Shown here piece after piece: positions 36,899 to 45,665 of a stretch of DNA of 54,027 nucleotides. The DNA is from Clostridia bacterium (GTDB lineage: Bacteria; Bacillota; Clostridia; Christensenellales; UBA1242). The stretch spans positions 1-54,027 of the forward strand of contig JAZSAE010000053.1 in NCBI GenBank assembly GCA_045601705.1. Direction: 5' to 3'. The first letter of the stretch is position 1. Each line of letters begins with the position of its first letter. Below the pieces are notes generated by a model. The model had not been told where the DNA came from, did no database searches, and saw only the letters and a program-made list of their open reading frames with translations. The position numbers and the translations under genes are program-made.

Positions 36899-37517
36899 AG
36901 AAATGAGTATAACACATAATGATTCCACCTGCAACTGCTACGTTCAGGGATTCGCAATCGGCAACCATCGGAATAGTAACTACTTTGTGTGGCTTTTGAT
37001 AAAAAATTGGATTGATACCCTGACCTTCATTACCTAACACAATTCCATAGTTCGCCTCTTTAATTGGTGTTGGATTGTTTCCACCCAAATCAGCCAAATA
37101 ATACAAAGTATTAGTCGGCAAACTGTCATAATCCGTATCAATAATATTTAAACGTAATCCCATTCCACTGCTGGCACGTATAACCTTAGGGGAATAAGGA
37201 TCAACACAATCTATTGTGTAAATTGTTTTAAAACCAAAAGCAAATGCTGTACGCAATAATGTACCCATATTACCTGGGTCTTGAATGCGATCAAGCACTA
37301 AAAAAGGAGTGGTCGGCGTAGTTGGTTGCGGAATGCGCGCCACAGCCACACGACCGTGATAATTTTCTAAATTTTTTAACGTATCTTCAGGAAAGATTTT
37401 TACTACCAAATCCATATTGTCATTGATAATTTTTTCGCCCTCAAGTATACATAAAGAAAATTCCTGCCTATATTTTTTGGCAAGAAGTTTCTTTAAAATC
37501 TTAGTTGTTATTTCCAT
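36885..37517 (-). CDS. TrmH/SpoU family RNA 2'-O-methyltransferase
   Basis: 210 aa with motifs DPGNMGTLLRTA, GNEGQGI and ESLNVAVAGGI. Confidence 0.8.
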   Translation of the reverse strand: MEITTKILKKLLAKKYRQEFSLCILEGEKIINDNMDLVVKIFPEDTLKNLENYHGRVAVARIPQPTTPTTPFLVLDRIQDPGNMGTLLRTAFAFGFKTIYTIDCVDPYSPKVIRASSGMGLRLNIIDTDYDSLPTNTLYYLADLGGNNPTPIKEANYGIVLGNEGQGINPIFYQKPHKVVTIPMVADCESLNVAVAGGIIMCYTHFYEWT

Positions 37518-37520
37518 CGG

Positions 37521-37874
37521 TTACGCCAAATTCTTTTTTGCTGTTTCTACTAAAGATGCAAATGCAGCAGCATCGTTAATAGCCAATTCTGACAACATCT
37601 TACGGTTAATGTTAATGTTAGCTTTTTTCAAACCATCCATCAAACGACTGTAAGTAATATCATTTTGACGAGCAGCAGCGTTAATACGAGCAATCCATAA
37701 CTTACGGAAATCACGTTTTTTCAAACGACGACCAACATAAGCATATTGACCAGATTTCATAACTTGTTCACGAGCAACACGATACAAGTTTGATTTGGTA
37801 GCACGATAACCCTTCGCTAATTTTAAGGTCTTACGACGTTTCTTCAAAGCATTGACACTACGTTTAATTCTCAT
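37521..37874 (-). CDS. rplT: 50S ribosomal protein L20
   Basis: 117 aa: [25 protein letters not shown]... Confidence 0.95.
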   Translation of the reverse strand: MRIKRSVNALKKRRKTLKLAKGYRATKSNLYRVAREQVMKSGQYAYVGRRLKKRDFRKLWIARINAAARQNDITYSRLMDGLKKANININRKMLSELAINDAAAFASLVETAKKNLA

Positions 37875-38062
37875 TTTTGAATCAACCTCCTAATTGTTTT
37901 TTCGTCAGAACTACTTACAACAGCACCGTGACGTAATTTACGTTTGCGTTCACGTGTTTTTTTGTTTAAGATGTGATTCTTATTTTTCATCGCACGTTTA
38001 ACGTCATTTTTGCGAGCTTTAAATCTTTTTTTAGCACCGCTATGAGTTTTCATCTTGGGCAT
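37871..38062 (-). CDS. rpmI: 50S ribosomal protein L35
   Basis: 63 aa: [15 protein letters not shown]... Confidence 0.95.
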   Translation of the reverse strand: MPKMKTHSGAKKRFKARKNDVKRAMKNKNHILNKKTRERKRKLRHGAVVSSSDEKTIRRLIQK

Positions 38063-38078
38063 AATCTCATTTTCTCCT

Positions 38079-38618
38079 TTATTTCTTTTTTTTGGGGGCT
38101 AACATAGCCATAATGTTAATGTTACGTCCCGGTACACCAGATTTTGCAACTGGAGTTTCAATATCGGCAATATCCAACATTCTTTCAGCAAATTGTGATA
38201 CCACAGCGACACCTTTATCTGCTAATTGAGTTTTTCGACCACGTAAGCGATTGATACAAACTTTTACTTTGTCACCATCCATAATGAACTCACGAGCTTT
38301 ATTCAATTTGAAAGCAATTTCGTTTTCTTGAATACCGATTGATAATTGAACTTCTTTAATATCAATCATATTCTTGCGTTGTTCTTTACGTTGGTTTTTT
38401 TCTTTTTTAATTTGTTCGTAACGAAACTTTGAATAATCAATAATTTTCGCTACCGGTGGTTTTGAAGTTTCAGTAATTAAAACCAAATCCAATCCTGCTT
38501 CATCGGCCAATTTCAATGCCTGAGCCAAAGTGATGATTCCAATCATTTCATTATCAGCACCAATCACCCTTAATTCCGGACAAGAAATTTCGCTGTTAAT
38601 TTTCAATTCTTTAAAAAT
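38079..38618 (-). CDS. infC: Translation initiation factor IF-3 (ATT start)
   Basis: IF-3 N- and C-domains are recognisable (ELRVIGADNE..., KEVQLSIGIQENE...). An in-frame ATT at 38618 lies 9 nt downstream of AAGGAGG; the track's TTG start at 38606 lies 21 nt from the SD. Confidence 0.88.
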   Translation of the reverse strand: MFKELKINSEISCPELRVIGADNEMIGIITLAQALKLADEAGLDLVLITETSKPPVAKIIDYSKFRYEQIKKEKNQRKEQRKNMIDIKEVQLSIGIQENEIAFKLNKAREFIMDGDKVKVCINRLRGRKTQLADKGVAVVSQFAERMLDIADIETPVAKSGVPGRNINIMAMLAPKKKK

Positions 38619-38768
38619 GTTAAATTACCTCCTTATAATGAAAAAAGAAGTGTTAATAACCACTTCTTAATACATTCCACAAAAAATTTTGGGGGTAATT
38701 TTTTGTTGACCTTCACGCACGAATAATCGGCAAGTAAGGTGAGAAATGGTTATTTCTTCTTTTTTTCA
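38619..38768 (-). promoter_or_regulatory. infC-rpmI-rplT leader with terminator/antiterminator alternative (L20-leader-like attenuator)
   Basis: About 150-nt 5' UTR. The upstream segment AAATAACCA can pair with TGGTTATT inside the terminator hairpin. Confidence 0.5.
38641..38668 (-). terminator. Attenuator terminator hairpin in the infC leader
   Basis: Minus strand reads AAGAAGTG-GTTATTAA-CACTTCTT followed by TTTTTT, ending just upstream of the infC SD. Confidence 0.55.
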
Positions 38769-38774
38769 ATTATA

Positions 38775-38802
38775 ATTATATCATACAACAATCAAATGTC
38801 AA
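38775..38802 (-). promoter_or_regulatory. sigma-A promoter of the infC operon
   Basis: Minus strand reads TTGACA (38802-38797), 16-nt spacer, then the extended -10 TGaTATAAT (TATAAT at 38780-38775). Confidence 0.55.
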
Positions 38803-38885
38803 TAGTCAAACGATTTTTTATTGTAGATTTGCCAATCCTTTGTCAGTACTTCCTAGTAGTCCGTTAGTGATTTTATAATACCATT

Positions 38886-39551
38886 TTATTTATTTAAACG
38901 GTAATTTTCATATTCAATAGTATAATAGTAATTTATACCATCGGTCCAGACATATTCAGGATTAAAATCCTTTAAGATACCATTCCATCCTTTCTTTTCC
39001 CATTTACCATCAATTAGTACATAATGAATATTATAAACATTCTTCTTATAAAGATAAATATTTTCGCCGTCCGTCCAAATATTTTGTGCATCGAAATTAT
39101 TAAACCGAACCAATTAATTTTGACCCAACCCTTGTTTACCATATTAAGCACAAATTCGGTATCATCCGTAATTGCGCATTTGATCATTGCTTCACCAACG
39201 CCATCAATTTTCCAACCATTATAAACTTGAGTATCAGTTTCTTCTATTACCGGCAACTCAAATTCTTTATTTTTTTAAACAATTTGAATGCGCCAAACTG
39301 CACCATCAACAACATAAGTAGCAATGGCAGCATGTTCATCCAAGTTATCAATGGTATCTTGCAACTTATCGACAACTTTGTTCAATTCTTGAACTTCATC
39401 GTTCAAATCTTTATTTTCTTCGTTCAACTCTTCATTACGAGTTTCTAAGCCATTATTCGACAAACCGAAGCTGACAGCCAGTAATGGTTGTTACCGAAGC
39501 AACGCAAACCGAAATAAAAAGCATTAAAATTCGAAACAATTTATTATTCAT
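38886..39551 (-). pseudogene. Disrupted lipoprotein gene (signal peptide, coiled coil, WTDGxNxYY repeats) with two frameshifts and one in-frame stop
   Basis: MNNKLFRILMLFISVCVASVTTITGC (lipobox) stops 6 codons after the Cys. The reading continues in another frame (SNNGLETRNEE...), hits an in-frame TAA at 39272-39274, then shifts frame again near 39110 inside a repeat unit. Confidence 0.6.
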
Positions 39552-39663
39552 TTGTTCTCTTTTTAATAGTTCCACCTTTAGTATGTGGTACTACTACTCA
39601 ACTTATAATAGAAAAAAAATCAACCGATTTCTTGCAATCTTCAATTTCATCTGTAAAAAAACA

Positions 39664-39693
39664 TAAAAAAACCTTCATCATTATGATAAAGGT
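39664..39693 (-). terminator. Rho-independent terminator after rpsO
   Basis: Minus strand reads ACCTTTATCA-TAAT-GATGAAGGT (one mismatch) followed by TTTTTTT. Confidence 0.5.
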
Positions 39694-39717
39694 CTAAAAA
39701 ACAATTTTTAAAATAGA

Positions 39718-39990
39718 TTAACGTAAGCCAAGTTCTTTTTTTAATTCACGGAATGCGTTAAGGTCAGTTTTTTCCAAGTAGTCCAACATACGTTTACGTT
39801 TACCCAACATCAAGGTTAAACCACGACGGCTGTGTTTGTCTTGTTTGTGAACTTTTAAGTGTTCGGTCAAATCAGCAATATGTTTTGACAACAATGCGAT
39901 TTGGACAGCAGGACTGCCGGTATCTCCTTCCTTTTTACCAAATTTTTTTACGATTTCTGCAATTTCGTTTTGTGTCATTTTCTGTGACAT
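39718..39990 (-). CDS. rpsO: 30S ribosomal protein S15
   Basis: Motifs GDTGSPAVQIALLS and HKQDKHSRRGL. The start is ATG 39990 or 39978; the longer track ORF is unlikely. Confidence 0.93.
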   Translation of the reverse strand: MSQKMTQNEIAEIVKKFGKKEGDTGSPAVQIALLSKHIADLTEHLKVHKQDKHSRRGLTLMLGKRKRMLDYLEKTDLNAFRELKKELGLR

Positions 39991-40076
39991 TCTCCTTTTA
40001 ATTAAAGCCGTGTAAAAATATTTCAATCAAAACACCGCTATAATGAGTGCATTATAACAAATTTTACCTAATAAAG

Positions 40077-41237
40077 TCAACGATTACTTTTGAAAAAATT
40101 CTTAAAATTACGGAAATATTTCGGTAAACGTCCATTTGTCGGCTGTTCAGGTTTTACTGGTTCAGGTTGTACAATATCTTCCGGTTCAAGTCCATTGATT
40201 CGATTACGAGTTTCTGCTTGATTTGGTGCAAAACCAGAAGCAATGATTAAAACCTCAACACTATCACCATATTTTTCGTTAATATCAACACTCCATTTAA
40301 TGTTGCAGTTTTCGTGAACCAAATTACTTGCCATCGTTACATAACTTGAAACTTCTGCTAAAGGCAAAGTTGCATCACCTTTAATACACATAATCAAACG
40401 AGTTGCCCCACTAATACTGGTTTCAATTAAAGGACTTGCGACTGCTTGCTTAATTGCTTCCAAAACACGATTTGGACCTTGCGCACGTCCAACACCCATA
40501 TGAGCCAAACCGGCATTTTCCAAAACTACCTTAATGTCAGCATAGTCAACATTAACATAAGTTGGATTAACAATAACTTCTGACAAACCAATGACTGCTT
40601 GACGTAATGCTTCATCAGCCATTTTAAATGCATCAATAAAACTGGTTTTAACAGAAGAATGTTCAACTAATTTTTGGTTAGGAACAACAACGTAAGCATC
40701 AACACATTTTGCAAGATTTTCTAAACCAATTTCGGCATTCATCATACGATGTGCACCTTCAAATTTAAATGGTTTAGTAACAACAGCCACTGTCAAAATA
40801 CCCATTTCTCTGGCAATTTGTGCAACAATAGGTGCTGCACCTGTACCAGTGCCACCACCCATACCTGCTGTAATAAACAACATATCTGCACCGTCAATTG
40901 CTGCACGGATTTCATCAGCACTTTCTTCGGCGGCTTTTTGCCCTACATCAGGTTTTGTCCCTGCACCAAAACCTCTGGTAACTTGTTGCCCAATACATAA
41001 TTTTTGTGGAGCCAAATTAACAGATAATGCATTTTTATCTGTATTAATTGCAATAAATTCTACACCGAGCAAACTTACACCAGTTTCCAACATACGGTTA
41101 ATACTGTTACAACCACCACCACCGACACCAACAACTTTGATGTTAACAACTGGAGGATTGCCAAACACATCCTCAAATTGTTTGCTGGTTTTTAACTCGA
41201 CTGCTGTTTCTAATTCATAACTCATAATATACTCCAA
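40077..41237 (-). CDS. ftsZ: Cell division protein FtsZ
   Basis: 386 aa with VVGVGGGGCNSI, GGGTGTGAAP and NVDYADI. Confidence 0.95.
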   Translation of the reverse strand: MEYIMSYELETAVELKTSKQFEDVFGNPPVVNIKVVGVGGGGCNSINRMLETGVSLLGVEFIAINTDKNALSVNLAPQKLCIGQQVTRGFGAGTKPDVGQKAAEESADEIRAAIDGADMLFITAGMGGGTGTGAAPIVAQIAREMGILTVAVVTKPFKFEGAHRMMNAEIGLENLAKCVDAYVVVPNQKLVEHSSVKTSFIDAFKMADEALRQAVIGLSEVIVNPTYVNVDYADIKVVLENAGLAHMGVGRAQGPNRVLEAIKQAVASPLIETSISGATRLIMCIKGDATLPLAEVSSYVTMASNLVHENCNIKWSVDINEKYGDSVEVLIIASGFAPNQAETRNRINGLEPEDIVQPEPVKPEQPTNGRLPKYFRNFKNFFKSNR

Positions 41238-41285
41238 TTTATTTTAACGATTTTTTGTTTAATTGTAAAATATTTTTTACAAATT

Positions 41286-43835
41286 TTAATCTGTTGTTAA
41301 TTTAATTTTTGACAACAAACCTTCAAATAAGGAAATCAATGCGTAACCCATAAATGCCATTAAGATAACCATTAAATAATGAACTTCATTCATTAAGGCA
41401 ACCATATTAAACATTCCGGGGAAATAAATAATCATAAACAATGCAAGTGTAAACATTACTACATACATAACACCACGGAAAGGATTTACTGGTTTTATCA
41501 TACGGAATAACATTGCAAAACCAGTAGTTAAAACTGCGTAAATTGTCATCGTACTAAATACACTTTGATCTTGTAAACTAAAGATATCGAACGAACGGAA
41601 AATCAACAAAGCAATAACAAAGAGCACGGTAGCACAAGCCGCTGACAAGGCTGTTTTAATAATATTAAACATAAACCGACCTTCAATTTGCTGACTATTT
41701 CGTTCAAGTGCTAACATAAATGCCGGAATACCGATTACCAAACTTTCTAAAATTAACAAGTTACTTGTATCAAAGAAATAAGAACCACCATTTGCAAAAA
41801 TACAAACAATAGTTAACATTATCGTAAACAAAGTTTTAAACAAGAAAAGTGATGATGATTTTTGAACGTTATTTACAACACGACGACCTTCAAGAACAAC
41901 CTTTGGCATACTTGAAAAATTACTATCCAACAAAACAAGTTGTGAAACATTACGTGCAGCTTCACTACCCGATGCCATTGCAATTGAACAATCAGCTTCA
42001 CGCAAAGCAAGAATATCGTTAACTCCATCTCCAGTCATTGCAACCATTCGTCCGTTATTTTTAAACTCTTTAATCAAAAGTAATTTTTGTTCTGGTGTTA
42101 CTCGGCCAAAGATCGTATATTCTTTGGCCGCTGTACGGACTTCATTGTTTGACAATCCGTGTAAAGAAATATATTTTTCTGAACCAACAACACCTGCACG
42201 ACGAGCAACTTCACTAACAGTAATTGGATTATCACCAGAAATAATACGAATATCAACACCATTATCAGCAAACCACTTAATTGTTTGTGGTGCTTCACGG
42301 CGAATATTATCTTGTAACGTAATTAAAGCAATCGGAGAAACAGTACCAGGCAAAGTATCATCTTTAATTTCACCAGTACAACGACCAATTCCCAACACAC
42401 GATAACCCTGACTTGCAAAACGTGTAATAACAGTGTTTAATTTTTTGCCAAGATCACTGAATATAAATTCCGGTGCTCCCATAACAAATGTACCTAAACC
42501 TGCACCAAAAGTTACAGCCGACATTTTACGAGCTGATGAAAATGGCATAATCTTTTTTGCCTTGTAAACACATTCTTGACCAAAATAATCTTTCATTGCT
42601 AATGATGTTTGGTTATTATCTTCCAACGCATACAACATTGAAGACATTACTTGTTTAAAATCGATTTTCTTGCCCTCGTGCTTAATAGCAATAACATCAA
42701 CAACTTTCATCGTTCCATCGGTAATTGTACCTGTCTTATCTAGACATAAAGTATTAACACGTGCCAACATTTCAATACAATAAAGTTCACGAACCCAAGT
42801 ATTTTCTTTACCTAGGTTAATGACACCAACCATTAACGCCATTGATGATAACAGAAACATACCTGCTGGAATCATTCCAAGAATAGCACCACTTGTCTGT
42901 GAAACGATTTTAAGCACTGAATAAGGTGCAATTTCCGAAACGGTAATAATTTGCATAGCAACTAAAACAGAAGACAAAATTATAATAAAAACACCAATAA
43001 ATTTAATCATTGATTTTAATGAATTAAACAATTCTGAACGTGGCGCAACATAACGACTTGCATTATTTGCCACACTTTGAATATAATTTTCTTTACCAAT
43101 TTTTGTAACATGATATTTACCAGTTCCACTAACAACAAATGAGCCAGCCAATAATTTATCGCCAACTTTCTTTTGAACAGGAATCGATTCACCAGTTAAA
43201 AGACTTTCATTAACTTCAATTACACCTTCCAGTAATACACCATCGGACTGAATTTGACCACCAGCCGACAACAGCACAATATCATCCAAAACAATATCTT
43301 CAGGCAAAACTACTTTAGTGTTACCATCACGTAATACCTTCACTTTTGATGATGCAACAATAGTTAATTTTTCAATTGTAAATTTTGCACGCAACTCTTG
43401 AAAAATACCAATTGCAATATTTGCTGTAAATATCAATAGAAACAATAAACTAGGAATACCAATTTTTGTAACATTCTCTCTTTCTAAAATTTCAGGATCA
43501 ATACTAGGTTGTAATACCGTGATTGAATAAATTAAAATACCACCAATAATTAACGCCAAAATATTATAAAAAGTAAAAATATTCGTAAAGAAAATTGCAC
43601 CGATTGATTTAGTTGTACCACGCTTAACGTAGTTTAATAAACAATCATCAATACGACTTTTTACTTGTTTTTTGGTTAAACCTGTTTCTAAATTTGGCGT
43701 ATAGCGTTCAGGGTTAACTGGTGGATTTTTTTTCCAAATACTATTAAATTTACGCTTATAAACGTTTATTGCACGACGAGAACGACCAGTAAAAACCGTA
43801 TCAGAAACAGAATTCATTGTTCCAATATGCTCCAT
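41286..43835 (-). CDS. Cation-translocating P-type (E1-E2) ATPase
   Basis: 849 aa with LTGESIPV, DKTGTITDG, MTGDGVNDILAL and about 10 TM segments. Confidence 0.88.
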   Translation of the reverse strand: MEHIGTMNSVSDTVFTGRSRRAINVYKRKFNSIWKKNPPVNPERYTPNLETGLTKKQVKSRIDDCLLNYVKRGTTKSIGAIFFTNIFTFYNILALIIGGILIYSITVLQPSIDPEILERENVTKIGIPSLLFLLIFTANIAIGIFQELRAKFTIEKLTIVASSKVKVLRDGNTKVVLPEDIVLDDIVLLSAGGQIQSDGVLLEGVIEVNESLLTGESIPVQKKVGDKLLAGSFVVSGTGKYHVTKIGKENYIQSVANNASRYVAPRSELFNSLKSMIKFIGVFIIILSSVLVAMQIITVSEIAPYSVLKIVSQTSGAILGMIPAGMFLLSSMALMVGVINLGKENTWVRELYCIEMLARVNTLCLDKTGTITDGTMKVVDVIAIKHEGKKIDFKQVMSSMLYALEDNNQTSLAMKDYFGQECVYKAKKIMPFSSARKMSAVTFGAGLGTFVMGAPEFIFSDLGKKLNTVITRFASQGYRVLGIGRCTGEIKDDTLPGTVSPIALITLQDNIRREAPQTIKWFADNGVDIRIISGDNPITVSEVARRAGVVGSEKYISLHGLSNNEVRTAAKEYTIFGRVTPEQKLLLIKEFKNNGRMVAMTGDGVNDILALREADCSIAMASGSEAARNVSQLVLLDSNFSSMPKVVLEGRRVVNNVQKSSSLFLFKTLFTIMLTIVCIFANGGSYFFDTSNLLILESLVIGIPAFMLALERNSQQIEGRFMFNIIKTALSAACATVLFVIALLIFRSFDIFSLQDQSVFSTMTIYAVLTTGFAMLFRMIKPVNPFRGVMYVVMFTLALFMIIYFPGMFNMVALMNEVHYLMVILMAFMGYALISLFEGLLSKIKLTTD

Positions 43836-43856
43836 TTTATTATTTTACCATAATGG

Positions 43857-45665
43857 TTACTTTCTAGCAAATAATGTTTCTAATTTATTTTGATTAAAGG
43901 TTAGCATAATCGGGCGACCGTGTGGACATAATGGTACATTTTTACTTTTAAAATAATCATTCATAAAGACAGTAATTTGTTCATTTGACAAAACATCACC
44001 AGCCTTAATACTTGCCTTACAAGCGGCAGTTGCAACACGATGTTTTACAACTTCACTTAGGCTATCATTAACAATAGTTTTATCATCAAGTAATACTTTA
44101 ATAAAGTCTTTTAATGATGCATTTACCATCATCGCCGGAACAGCTGAAATACGAATTGCATCAGCTCCAAACTCATCACAATCAAATCCAAAGTTTAATA
44201 ATAATGGCTTAATTTCATTAAAACGAATTAATTCTTTTGGTGTTACTGATATCACAATCGGCGCTAACAACATTTGTGATTGCACATCAGACTGATCAAT
44301 TTCAGTACGGAAGCGATCATAATTCATTCTTTCTGCCATTGCGTGTTGGTCAATAATCAATAAACTTTCCGTGGTTCGCACTAATAAATAAGTATCAAAA
44401 ACTTGTCCTAAAATTGTAAAATTACTTTCTTCTAATGCACTGGTTTGTTTTACCGAAACAGGTTCATTAAAATTAAAACTATTTAAAATATTCGGCGCAG
44501 ACTTGACGACATCTGCTTGCTTTCCAAAAGCATCCAAAGATTGAATTAATACAGTATTTGCTTGAGTTTGTTCTGGATTAAAGGAATGTCCAACTTGCTT
44601 TATTGTAGGTTTTGTTTGTGTTAATTGTTGTCTATCATTATTCTTCGCAAGTTTTTTTTCTGATGTTTTAGTCAATTCGGAAATTTGCGACAAGAAAAAT
44701 GCTTCCATTGTCTTAGTAATTGTTTGACGAACAAAGCTCATAATACTTTCACTGTTATCAAAGCGAACTTCACGCTTTTGTGGATGAACATTCACATCAA
44801 CACTTCCTATTGCTATAGAAAAATGTAAAACAAAAATTGGGTATTCTTTAATTGGCAAATAGTTACCCATTGTTTCATTGATTGTTTTTGCAAGTATTCC
44901 ACCATTAACAACACGACCGTTAACAATAACAACTTGACGGTCTCGATTTACTTTAGACAAGTTAAGATTAGAAATATAACCATCTACTTTAACTAGATCA
45001 CTTTCATTAACAACTTTAATCAATTGAGTTTTATCAACATTGTAGATTTGATTTATTGCATCTGCTAAACCTTGACCACGGTAATCAAGTACTAATTGTT
45101 GATCAATATAGTAACGTAAATTCAAATCCGGATGAGCAAAGATTATTTCGTGAATAACTTGAGTAACATGATTTTTTTCTACATTCGTACTACGCAAAAA
45201 TTTCTTACGTGCTGGTGTATTGTAAAAAAGATTAGTAACACTAACAGTTGTACCATTATTACCACCTGTGTATTGTTGCTCATTATTTTGATTGATTTGA
45301 ACTGCATAATCTTGTGTAGCTGGTTTAGAAGTAAACGTTACTTGTGCGACAGAAGCGATAGATGCCAATGCTTCACCACGGAAGCCAAGCGAATTGATTT
45401 GATCAATATCAGCTACTGTTTTAATTTTACTGGTAGCGTGTGGCAAAAAAACTTTTGGCAATTCACTTTCGGCAACACCTTCCCCATCATCAATAATAAC
45501 AATTTCTTCAATACCACCATTTAAAATTTTGACAGTGATGTGTTTTGCTTGCGCATCCAAAGAATTTTCTAACAACTCTTTAACAATTGATGCTGGATTT
45601 TCAACCACTTCGCCTGCAGCTAGACGATTATAAATTACAGGTGGTAAAATATTAATTGTTTTCAT
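43857..45665 (-). CDS. mutL: DNA mismatch repair protein MutL (endonuclease type)
   Basis: Motifs AAGEVVENPASIVKELLENSLDA, DDGEG, DQHAMAERMNYDRF and CPHGRP. Confidence 0.92.
   Translation of the reverse strand: MKTINILPPVIYNRLAAGEVVENPASIVKELLENSLDAQAKHITVKILNGGIEEIVIIDDGEGVAESELPKVFLPHATSKIKTVADIDQINSLGFRGEALASIASVAQVTFTSKPATQDYAVQINQNNEQQYTGGNNGTTVSVTNLFYNTPARKKFLRSTNVEKNHVTQVIHEIIFAHPDLNLRYYIDQQLVLDYRGQGLADAINQIYNVDKTQLIKVVNESDLVKVDGYISNLNLSKVNRDRQVVIVNGRVVNGGILAKTINETMGNYLPIKEYPIFVLHFSIAIGSVDVNVHPQKREVRFDNSESIMSFVRQTITKTMEAFFLSQISELTKTSEKKLAKNNDRQQLTQTKPTIKQVGHSFNPEQTQANTVLIQSLDAFGKQADVVKSAPNILNSFNFNEPVSVKQTSALEESNFTILGQVFDTYLLVRTTESLLIIDQHAMAERMNYDRFRTEIDQSDVQSQMLLAPIVISVTPKELIRFNEIKPLLLNFGFDCDEFGADAIRISAVPAMMVNASLKDFIKVLLDDKTIVNDSLSEVVKHRVATAACKASIKAGDVLSNEQITVFMNDYFKSKNVPLCPHGRPIMLTFNQNKLETLFARK

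Noticed and set aside
40849-41220. 123-aa and 83-aa plus-strand ORFs antisense to ftsZ. Similar antisense ORFs lie in the NYN gene (14552-14977), floA (25148-25438), alaS (13711-14277) and mutL (45132-45524).
   Set aside because: They sit entirely inside well-supported genes on the opposite strand. Their translations are low-complexity or repetitive, and they lack SD sequences. These are typical shadow ORFs.
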